In this document: piece by piece, positions 51,567 to 59,743 of the stretch
How the letters are laid out: each line of letters opens with the position of its first letter
How positions within the stretch are numbered: the stretch's first letter is position 1
Assembly: GCA_002427885.1 (NCBI GenBank)
Contig: DIZI01000009.1
Coordinates: 52,855-116,854, forward strand
Source of the DNA: Paludibacter sp. UBA6032
GTDB taxonomy: Bacteria; Bacteroidota; Bacteroidia; Bacteroidales; Paludibacteraceae
Direction: 5' to 3'
Length of the DNA stretch: 64,000 bases
Notes under the pieces: model-generated
What the model saw: the letters and a program-made list of their open reading frames with translations, nothing else
Database searches by the model: none
Told to the model about the DNA's origin: nothing
Program-made: the position numbers and the translations under genes

Positions 51567-51649
51567 GGTCAACCCCGCCGGGGTTGTGTTATCTTTCATT
51601 TTTCATCCCCCGGTTTCACCGGGGGTTATGCACAGGTAACACCTACGGT
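51567..51649. repeat. REP-like flank of the Y1 transposase (right)
   Basis: aaccccgccggggtt...cccccggtttcaccgggggttatgc...acctacggt. Confidence 0.8.
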
Positions 51650-51692
51650 GTTTTATATAACCAGCAGACCACTCTTCAAATCCCCTTTAGGG

Positions 51693-51726
51693 GAACCAAC
51701 GGTCATCGACCGAAGGGAGATAATTA
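51693..51726. repeat. 34-bp dispersed repeat, copy 1
   Basis: gaaccaacggtcatcgaccgaagggagataatta; 32/34 identical to 55402-55435. Confidence 0.85.
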
Positions 51727-51736
51727 GGGGCGGTTT

Positions 51737-54268
51737 TTACGCTGCAAATTTCTCTAACTTCACATAGCCCTTCACATATACCGGTATCACATCCCTGTAT
51801 TTGGGTGCTACTTCTTTGAATTGAGAAATAGGTAAAGTAGAATTAGTATTCAATGCCTGAAAGTCTTTTGATTCTATAATACTTCGTATATCTTTATCTA
51901 CAATATACGCTTTAAAGAAGTATTTCAGTGCTCTGATGTTGACATCTTCTTCGGGTGGATAAATGGAAATGAATTTATCGAACTCCTCATCCAGTAATTC
52001 ATCCTTCGATTTGAATTTAGGTATAATACCGAAAATCTTTTCAACCACTTCACGTATTGAAACTTTACGGTCTATTTTAGCAGCTACCCGCAGTTTTTCT
52101 ATGTTGAAGTATTCCTCGGGTTTATCAAATATCTCACTTTGAATATGCGATATGACTTCATCCCAATTACCAAGTTCTACATTCTTCTTAATGATATCGT
52201 CCATTTTAATCCGGTCTTCGAACTTCTGATACAACATCCGGTCAATCTTCATCCCATTAGGTCCAATTAATTGTTCGTTGAGTATCATCAACGGATCAGG
52301 AAGTAAACTGGTGTATTTTTTCCCGGGAGGAGGTGGAGGCCCTTCAAAACCGCCGCCAGCTTTTGGTTTTGGCAGTTTTAATTTCTCGTCGTAATCAAAA
52401 TCTTCTTCGAAATACTCGCAGTTGGCAAAAAAGTCGAAGAGTTTAAAGAACTCTTTTTCGTGTTGTTCTTTTACTTCTTCACCCAGTTCGTTTTTACTTT
52501 TGTGTTCAAAAGTATTTTTGCGCGTACCACGTCCTTTTATCTGCACAAAGTCGGCCGGACTAAAGATAGGGCGCATCATACACAAATTAAGCAAGTCGGT
52601 ACAATCATAACCGGTGGTCATCATGCCTACGGTAATGCATACTCTTGTCTTACTCGATTTGTAGCCTTCGAGCCAACTCGTTTTTCCGTTCAGATTATTG
52701 TTGCTGAAATTTTTCGTCATTTGCTGTGCATCAGCCACCTGCGAAGTTACCTGCAATGCAAAATCAGAATTGTATTTTCCTGGGAAAAGTTGTTCAGCCA
52801 TATCGTTCAGAATTTCTGCCAACTTACGTGCATGGTTTTGACTAACTGCAAAAACAAGTGTTTTACCGATTTCCATTGTAATTGGATCACGTAAAGCATT
52901 CTCTAAAAAAGTCTGACAGAAAATCTGATTTGTGCTTTCGGAAAACAGCTTCTTTTCAAAATCAGTTGAAATAAAAGTCTCGATTTCCTCGCCTTCTTCA
53001 GTAGTAGTCATTACCGAATACCCTTTGTCCGAAAGCAACTGTGTTGTTATTTCAGTACGGGCATCTACTACCCACGGATTGACGAGATAATCTTCTCTGG
53101 CTCCATCCAACAAAGAATAGCGATAGGTCGGTTCACCGTTTTCGCAACCAAAAGTTACATACGTATCGCGCAACATACGTCGCTCCACTTCACGAGGGTC
53201 ATTTTCTTTTACTTTATCCAGATTAACTCCTTTCAGATAATCTTTCGGGGTGGCTGTTAAACCTAGTTTATAACCGTGGAAGTATTCGAAAACAGCACGC
53301 GCATTGCCGGAAATAGAGCGGTGCGACTCGTCGGATATAATTAAATCGAAATCAGTCGGTGAAAAATCATAGCGGTACTTATCGTTGTACATAAGCGACT
53401 GAATAGTGGTAACCATTATATCCGCTTTTTGCCAATCGCTTTTATTCTCTTTATAAATTAATGTGCTGTAATCAGGTTTCAGGTAGTCTATGAAGGCTGT
53501 ATATGCCTGATCTTCCAGTTCGAGCCTGTCAACCAAAAACAAAACCCGTTTAGCATTTTCAGTACGGAGAAATAAGCGAATCACAGCAGCTGCAACGAGT
53601 GTTTTGCCCGTTCCTGTTGCCATTTCAAACAAGAAACGATCTTTGCCTTTACTAACTGCATCCTGTAAATGTTGTACTGCTTTTAATTGATATGGTCTTA
53701 GAAACCGCAACCCGTTTTCCCAAATAAAATCGTTACTGTTTTCAATATTCCCATTCCAACCGGGTCTTACAGCATAATCGGGCATTTGAACTGCAACGAT
53801 ATAATCTCTGGCTACCGGCTCATTTGCCAATGCTTTACGGTCAGGATTCCAGGCCTTAATAGCTCCAATTTCAAAAGCTGAAGGAAATTTGTATATGGGT
53901 TTGGGATTTCCCTTTGCCAGGTCCCACAGATAATGAACAAGTCCATTGGAGAGAATGATATATTGAGCACCAACGCTATTGGCGTATTTTCGTGCCTGTT
54001 CTTTGGCTACAAGCGGATGAAGACTTTCTTTTTTAGCCTCAAGTACACAAGCCGGTTTATTGTTACTATCTACCAATAAAAAGTCTAATGAACCTGCGGT
54101 TGTCTTTTCAAAATCATTGCCCCATGTATCCACTTCTTTATGAGTTATCTTTACATGATTTTCGAGCAGGATATTAGCTTTTCCTTTGTCGTCGTCAAAG
54201 AATCGCCAACCCGCTTCTTCCAGCAACTTGTTTATTTTTATCCGTGCATGTGCTTCGTTTTGTAACAT
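51737..54268 (-). CDS. hsdR: Type I restriction endonuclease subunit R (EcoAI/EcoEI-like)
   Basis: D...LEAK nuclease, RPYQ, MATGTGKT, DESHRS, GLTATP, MMTTGYD, QIKGRGTR. Confidence 0.92.
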   Translation of the reverse strand: MLQNEAHARIKINKLLEEAGWRFFDDDKGKANILLENHVKITHKEVDTWGNDFEKTTAGSLDFLLVDSNNKPACVLEAKKESLHPLVAKEQARKYANSVGAQYIILSNGLVHYLWDLAKGNPKPIYKFPSAFEIGAIKAWNPDRKALANEPVARDYIVAVQMPDYAVRPGWNGNIENSNDFIWENGLRFLRPYQLKAVQHLQDAVSKGKDRFLFEMATGTGKTLVAAAVIRLFLRTENAKRVLFLVDRLELEDQAYTAFIDYLKPDYSTLIYKENKSDWQKADIMVTTIQSLMYNDKYRYDFSPTDFDLIISDESHRSISGNARAVFEYFHGYKLGLTATPKDYLKGVNLDKVKENDPREVERRMLRDTYVTFGCENGEPTYRYSLLDGAREDYLVNPWVVDARTEITTQLLSDKGYSVMTTTEEGEEIETFISTDFEKKLFSESTNQIFCQTFLENALRDPITMEIGKTLVFAVSQNHARKLAEILNDMAEQLFPGKYNSDFALQVTSQVADAQQMTKNFSNNNLNGKTSWLEGYKSSKTRVCITVGMMTTGYDCTDLLNLCMMRPIFSPADFVQIKGRGTRKNTFEHKSKNELGEEVKEQHEKEFFKLFDFFANCEYFEEDFDYDEKLKLPKPKAGGGFEGPPPPPGKKYTSLLPDPLMILNEQLIGPNGMKIDRMLYQKFEDRIKMDDIIKKNVELGNWDEVISHIQSEIFDKPEEYFNIEKLRVAAKIDRKVSIREVVEKIFGIIPKFKSKDELLDEEFDKFISIYPPEEDVNIRALKYFFKAYIVDKDIRSIIESKDFQALNTNSTLPISQFKEVAPKYRDVIPVYVKGYVKLEKFAA

Positions 54269-54442
54269 TCAGTGAGATTATTTCTATTGGAGTCTACGTA
54301 ATTCTGTTAGTTTTGACGACTTAAGAAGCAATTATTTTTAATCGTCCCCAAAAATACGCATTCTCTAATTAACAACCTAGAAAAACATAATTTATTTGTA
54401 AATTAAGTGAAGAATTAATTTGTTTAGTGGGTGTGAAGCATT

Positions 54443-54482
54443 AAAAAAATCCGTCCAGGATAAGTATACCGGAACGGATTTA
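54443..54482 (-). terminator. Terminator downstream of the Fn3 gene
   Basis: aaaaaaatccgt.c...ggaacggattt; a second hairpin ggtgacttagc...gctaagccacc lies at ~54501-54534. Confidence 0.6.
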
Positions 54483-54548
54483 GGTTTTCTGGCAGGAAAA
54501 GGGTGACTTAGCTTTTTGCTGCAGGCTAAGCCACCGTTTCACCCGGAG

Positions 54549-55178
54549 CTAAAACATACAATAAGCCACCACCACGGTACTCCACACGATGCGGGGATCG
54601 GTACCCAAACCGGCTACCTGGATAGCAATGGGTTCTCCCAGTGGAAGGGAAGTGAGCAATAAGTTGTGTTTACTGGTATGCATTTCCGTCCATATACTGC
54701 TTTCGGTTACCGGTGCTTTGGTAGTTCGTACTACATAATTATAAGCATTTTCCACCACGTCCCAGCTTATATTCAAAGTAGCACTTTGTTTGCCGGGTGT
54801 AACCTTAACATTATTAGGCATATCGAGCATTCCCACCGGGGTAGGTTTGCGTCTGAGATCAAAGCCGGAACTGAGTATCAGCACTTCGTTTCCTCCACTG
54901 ATGTCCTGTACCCTATTACCAACTACTTTCGTAAATTCTTCCAAATCCTTCCGGGCCACGTTCTTCTCGGCTGTCAGTAGTTTATTACCATCTACTATGC
55001 GTGATAAAAAGCCTCCGAATACATCATTTTTTCCTTTTAAAGTGACTACATCATCAGCTATTGCCAGGTAAGTCCGGTTGCCTGTTAAACTCTCTACAAT
55101 GGTATTGACTTTAACGTTTAAGGCTTTATCCGAAAAATTGTTGGAAGAAAAATTAATACTTAAATACGATTTTCCCAT
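54549..55178 (-). CDS. Cytoplasmic helical-domain plus fibronectin type III protein
   Basis: No signal peptide; helical N-half ending SSGF; Fn3 pattern P.N..V..G...L.ISW.VV..A..Y...W...L..L..G....QV.G....WS. Confidence 0.75.
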   Translation of the reverse strand: MGKSYLSINFSSNNFSDKALNVKVNTIVESLTGNRTYLAIADDVVTLKGKNDVFGGFLSRIVDGNKLLTAEKNVARKDLEEFTKVVGNRVQDISGGNEVLILSSGFDLRRKPTPVGMLDMPNNVKVTPGKQSATLNISWDVVENAYNYVVRTTKAPVTESSIWTEMHTSKHNLLLTSLPLGEPIAIQVAGLGTDPRIVWSTVVVAYCMF

Positions 55179-55401
55179 AATAAATTTAATTTTTGGGTTT
55201 TACATTTTTTTTTAATATTCACTTTATCAGCTATTATTTGCTGATTTACAATACGATAAAATATAATTTTAGTCCTTTCCCATACGCTTTAATATTTAGA
55301 ATTTAAGAATCTGATTAATACTATTTAATCAAAAGAAAAAATCACAAAGACAATGATAAACCACTAAAGCTTTTTAAAAACGAAAATAATTTTTTAACCA
55401 C

Positions 55402-55435
55402 GAACCAACGGTCATCGACCAAAGAGAGATAATTA
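55402..55435. repeat. 34-bp dispersed repeat, copy 2
   Basis: gaaccaacggtcatcgaccaaagagagataatta. Confidence 0.85.
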
Positions 55436-55635
55436 CACGAATTATATACAGATATTTTAGTGAATTCCGATAGCTGGCGTGGTTCATATTCTTTCAGACA
55501 AGCTTTTATTGAATAGACCCGAATTATCATAATTTATAAGCTCCATTTCATCACCCTGATTTTGATTTTTATACTAGGCATTATATAAGTTGTATATATT
55601 TGATATATTGAATAATATATTTTAAAATAAAGAAA

Positions 55636-55836
55636 TAGAACGCGGTCCCGATAGCTATCGGGATTCGCTGATTTTGCGGATTTGCACTGATAAAATGTAG
55701 AAACGGATCAATTAATGGATTTTAGCCCCGTCCCGATAGCTATCGGGGTCGGGGCTGATTTAAAGATCTAAGTCTTAATCATCTCGCCAAAGGCAAGATA
55801 TTATCCGTTTTATATCCGCTAAATCAGCGTCCTATT
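55636..55836 (+). mobile_element. ~200-bp palindromic MITE/REPIN-like element, copy 1
   Basis: Inverted ends (aacgcg...ctgattttgcggat / atccgctaaatcagcgt), internal hairpins, two CCCGATAGCTATCGGG; homologous to the reverse complement of 63752-63994. Confidence 0.75.
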
Positions 55837-55870
55837 ATCAATATCAATATAACTTATATAAACTCTACTG

Positions 55871-56203
55871 ATGAAACCGGATTTAATCACAATAACTTCG
55901 GTTCTTATTCCAATGAAGTCGCTTTTCATTGGAATAAAAGGAATCATCATTCTCATATTAATTTCATTTATTCCACCTGAATGCTTATTATGAAGGATGA
56001 AAAGATTCATCTTGTATTTTTGTAACCAAAGTTATGAATGCTTTTTCAAAATGCAAAAAAAAAAATTGGTAAGGGCACTCAAAAACGCCTATCTAAGTTA
56101 TTGATTTACAGAGTTTCCAAAAAGAGTTAAAATAAAAAATTGGTAAGGCTTGTTTTCTTGTTAAAAAAAGGGCTTATTTAACTAAGCAATTTTGTGCCAT
56201 TTC
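55871..56203 (-). repeat. ~330-bp duplicated unit, copy 1 (promoter plus degenerate 21-bp repeats)
   Basis: Aligns with 56458-56790 at a 587-bp offset; identical core aaggatgaaaagattcatcttgtatttttgtaaccaaagttatgaatgctttttca. Confidence 0.9.
56027..56057 (-). promoter_or_regulatory. Bacteroidota sigma-A promoter (-33/-7)
   Basis: TTTG-N19-TAACTTTG on the minus strand. Confidence 0.65.
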
Positions 56204-56225
56204 CATCTGTTTAGCATTTCATTCC

Positions 56226-56561
56226 AATGATTTTCATTTTCATCAGCATGAAATTGATTTTCATCACCATGAAATTGATTTTCATCACCATGATTTTCAT
56301 TTTCATCAGCATGATTCTCATTTTCATCAGCATGAAATTGATTTTCATCAGCATGAAATTGATATTCATCACCATGATTTTCATTTTCATCAGCATGAAA
56401 TTGATTTTCATCAGCATGATTTCGGTTATCATAGGCATGAAAACAGTTCAAATTACAATGAAACCGGATTTAATCCCAATGATTTCGGTTTTTATTCCAA
56501 TGAAGACGCTTTTCATCGGAATAGAAGATAGCATCCCTATCATTCTTATTCCGTTCATTCC
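56226..56561. repeat. 21-bp tandem array
   Basis: Nine well-conserved units (catgaaattgattttcatcas / catgattttcattttcatcag) at 56226-56414, then ~7 degenerate units in the same phase. Confidence 0.92.
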
Positions 56562-56790
56562 GCATGAATGCTTATTATAAAGGATGAAAAGATTCATCTT
56601 GTATTTTTGTAACCAAAGTTATGAATGCTTTTTCAGAAGACCAAAAAAAAAATTAGTACAGGCACTCAAAAACAGGTATCTAAGTTGTTGATATACAGAG
56701 TTTACAAAAAGTGCTAAAATAAAAAATCAGTACAGCTGATTTTTATGTCAAAAAAAGGGCGTTTTTAACCATCCAGTTTTGTGCAAATTT
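56458..56790 (-). repeat. ~330-bp duplicated unit, copy 2
   Basis: See copy 1. Confidence 0.9.
56614..56645 (-). promoter_or_regulatory. Bacteroidota sigma-A promoter (-33/-7)
   Basis: TTTG-N20-TAACTTTG on the minus strand. Confidence 0.65.
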
Positions 56791-57065
56791 CTTATGCCAT
56801 CTACCAATGGATATCAGGGCGGAGACCACCCACAAGTTCGAACCTTTGTTCATCTTATCTTATATCTCCTCAGGACAGATTGATACAATCGTACCGGACG
56901 AGGATAAAACGGCTTTAGGCCCGGTTTATCCTGTTTCAAAAAGTCTTTTTATTATGTGTTTTATATACGGATTAAAATCCATAGATTTGTATTTTAATCT
57001 ATTTCGGTAAGATGCCCTGCATATTAACTTTGTAACGAATAAAATCAACAATTTTTTTATCAATA

Positions 57066-59615
57066 ATGAAACCCTATCCAATCCTGAGACTCCTACTTCT
57101 TTTTATACTTATTTCATCAGCTGGTTATTCACAAACTACTCAACCTGATGCCACAAAGAGTTATTATTTAATTCATTCGGGCGGAAATGTACTTGGCATA
57201 AAGGCCGATAGCCGGACAGTGATTCAGGATCCTGCAGGGGGAGGAGGACAGCAGTTGCAATTTGTTCCGGATGGTACGGGATATTATTGGATTAAACCCG
57301 CCGGGCAGAACATGTATATGGCTTTGAGTGGAAGTTGGAACACCTACTTTATAACAGATTCCACCACCAGCTTATCGCGTTATGCCATTGAAAATGTATC
57401 CGGCTCTATCGTCAGGCTGAAATGCAAATCGAACGCGAAATACCTGGGCACAGATGCCACCATCGACGGATCGTATGTGTATTCCGATAAAAGCGGTGCC
57501 GACTCGAAGAATTACTGGATTATTTCGGAACAGCTGATTCCTTTTCCGGTCGACACAGCTAGATACCTTATAAATCCTGCCGCCACGTTTACAAAACCGT
57601 TTGAAGGTTGGGGAGTTTCACTTTGCTGGTGGGCGAATATGTGCGGCAAATGGGACGACACGAAAATCAACGAAATTGTCGATTGGCTTGTCAGTCCTTC
57701 GGGGTTGAATTACAATATCTTCCGTTACAATATCGGTGGTGGCGACGATCCGTTAAACCGTCACTGTACGCCTCATCATATGGGAAACGGAAAAGGGTTA
57801 AGAGCCGAAATGGAAGGGTTTAAAGATTCCCTTACGGCCCCCTACAACTGGAAAAGGGACGAGGCTCAACGGAAAATCATGCTGAGAATAAAAGAGAAAA
57901 GACCCGATGCCATTTTTGAAGCCTTCAGCAATTCAGCCCCTTATTATATGACTTACAGTGGTTGCTGTGCCGGAAATATCAGTGCTTCTGATGATAACCT
58001 GAAGCCGGAATATTATACCGAATTCGCTAAATACCTGGTTGATGTGTGTAAATTTTACAAAGATTCATTTGGTATTGAATTTAAAACGCTGGAGCCTTTC
58101 AACGAACCTGTTACCAACTATTGGGGAGCTAACGGGGGTCAGGAAGGATGCCATTTCAGTACGACGGGTCAGATTGCCTTTTTGAAAGTATTATCGCCCG
58201 TTTTAAAAAGCTCGGGTTTAAAGACCATCATTTCGGCTTCGGATGAAACCAGTACGACACAATCTGTTACCGACTTCAAAGCCTATCAGGCCGATGGTAC
58301 TGTACTGGATCTTGTGGGGCAATGGAACAGCCATACCTACTCGGCTACCAATCAATCAAGAGCCGCGCTACGGGCATTATCCACCGCCAACAACAAAACA
58401 TTATGGATGAGCGAAGTCGGATCGGGTGGAACAGGCATTAGCGGCAACCTGAGTTTGACACAAAAGCTGTTTGACGATATTCGCTATATTCAGCCCGAAG
58501 CCTGGGTCGATTGGCAATACATGGAAGAGAATGGCGACCAGTGGTGTTTAATCAACGGCAGTTTCAGTGCTCAAACCTATCAGCGGGTGAAAAACTATTA
58601 TGTCCGCAAGCAAATATCATCGTATATCCATCCCGGTTTTAAGTTTCTGACAGTTCCAAACAATCAGACGCTGGCTGCCTTAAATGAGGGCGAAGATACA
58701 CTGGTGATTGTTGCATTAAACAATTCCGCCTTTAAATCCTGTCAAAAAATAGACCTCAGCTTGTTTGACAACGCCGGTGCAAACATAAAAGCCGTCAGAA
58801 CTTCGGCTACCGAAAACAACATAAGCACAACAGATTATTCGGTAAAAGACTCCAACCTGACAGTGACACTTCCGGAGTACAGTATTTCCACTTTTGTTAT
58901 CCCTGTAAAAAAAAAAGCAACAGCCGAAACCCTTTTAAGGACTAATACTCCTTATCTGATTTTTTCCAGAACCACCACCCTGGCGCTCCAGTCATCGGGA
59001 AGCAACGTAATAATCAACAGCTATCAATACGGTGATTCTACCCAGTTATGGAAGCTGACAACTACGGGAAGCAGTTATAATATTCAAAATCTGTCGGGGC
59101 TGACATTGACAGATCCCGGATCGTATTTTGTCCTTCCATCAACGGCAGCCGGTATTTCCGGTCAGGCATTCAATATGGAGAATGCAGGGGATGGTTTTTA
59201 TAAGATTTCGTCGGTCTCCACCGGTCTGGCTCTCGACCTTCAGGGCGGAGCAAATGCCGTCGGTACAAAAGTAGGACTGTATAGCTATGGTACTGCCCCC
59301 GATGCGGTTACACGTCAATGGCTTTTTGTTTTACCTCCAAAGGCTAAGTCGCAAGAACTGACGGACGGAATTCCACTCCATGCTGAAGATAACGACCGGG
59401 TACGTGTTATCGGAACCGAAAAAGCTCTTGTGATACTCCAGGCTCCCGCAAGCACTTCAAATGTCTTGGTGTTTACCCTGACGGGCATAAAGGTCATTCA
59501 ACAAGCCGTAAAAAGCACATTCACACGAATTCCACTAACCCCGGGAAACTATATTGTCAGTTACAGCACTGAACCTGAAAATCTGCGTCGTACCACCAAA
59601 GTGATTGTTTTTTAA
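57066..59615 (+). CDS. Secreted GH30 glycoside hydrolase (beta-1,6-galactanase-like) with beta-trefoil/ricin domains
   Basis: Signal peptide; FEGWGVSLCWWA, RYNIGGG, PFNEP, WMSE; C-terminal ricin domain and T9SS-like tail; TAACTTTG at 57025. Confidence 0.85.
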   Translation: MKPYPILRLLLLFILISSAGYSQTTQPDATKSYYLIHSGGNVLGIKADSRTVIQDPAGGGGQQLQFVPDGTGYYWIKPAGQNMYMALSGSWNTYFITDSTTSLSRYAIENVSGSIVRLKCKSNAKYLGTDATIDGSYVYSDKSGADSKNYWIISEQLIPFPVDTARYLINPAATFTKPFEGWGVSLCWWANMCGKWDDTKINEIVDWLVSPSGLNYNIFRYNIGGGDDPLNRHCTPHHMGNGKGLRAEMEGFKDSLTAPYNWKRDEAQRKIMLRIKEKRPDAIFEAFSNSAPYYMTYSGCCAGNISASDDNLKPEYYTEFAKYLVDVCKFYKDSFGIEFKTLEPFNEPVTNYWGANGGQEGCHFSTTGQIAFLKVLSPVLKSSGLKTIISASDETSTTQSVTDFKAYQADGTVLDLVGQWNSHTYSATNQSRAALRALSTANNKTLWMSEVGSGGTGISGNLSLTQKLFDDIRYIQPEAWVDWQYMEENGDQWCLINGSFSAQTYQRVKNYYVRKQISSYIHPGFKFLTVPNNQTLAALNEGEDTLVIVALNNSAFKSCQKIDLSLFDNAGANIKAVRTSATENNISTTDYSVKDSNLTVTLPEYSISTFVIPVKKKATAETLLRTNTPYLIFSRTTTLALQSSGSNVIINSYQYGDSTQLWKLTTTGSSYNIQNLSGLTLTDPGSYFVLPSTAAGISGQAFNMENAGDGFYKISSVSTGLALDLQGGANAVGTKVGLYSYGTAPDAVTRQWLFVLPPKAKSQELTDGIPLHAEDNDRVRVIGTEKALVILQAPASTSNVLVFTLTGIKVIQQAVKSTFTRIPLTPGNYIVSYSTEPENLRRTTKVIVF

Positions 59616-59743
59616 AGATTCCTCCTAATATTTTTTCAACAGACTTTCTTTCGGTAGGGTCACTGAAAAACTTTTGAAAACAAACACTTACGTACAGTGG
59701 TTTTTTATGCTTTTGGGGCGATTAATTTTCTATCAATTAGACA

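Noticed and set aside
56226-56561. Possible CRISPR array
   Set aside because: Contiguous 21-bp units with no unique spacers and no cas genes.
56182-56580. ORFs 56182-56451, 56211-56438 and 56227-56580 as genes
   Set aside because: Three overlapping low-complexity frames produced by a stop-free repeat; none is supported as a CDS.
8278-59497. Numerous short ORFs nested in or antisense to annotated genes (e.g. 8278-8757, 12828-13400, 16828-17316, 52460-52894)
   Set aside because: They fully overlap well-supported CDSs and have no motifs.
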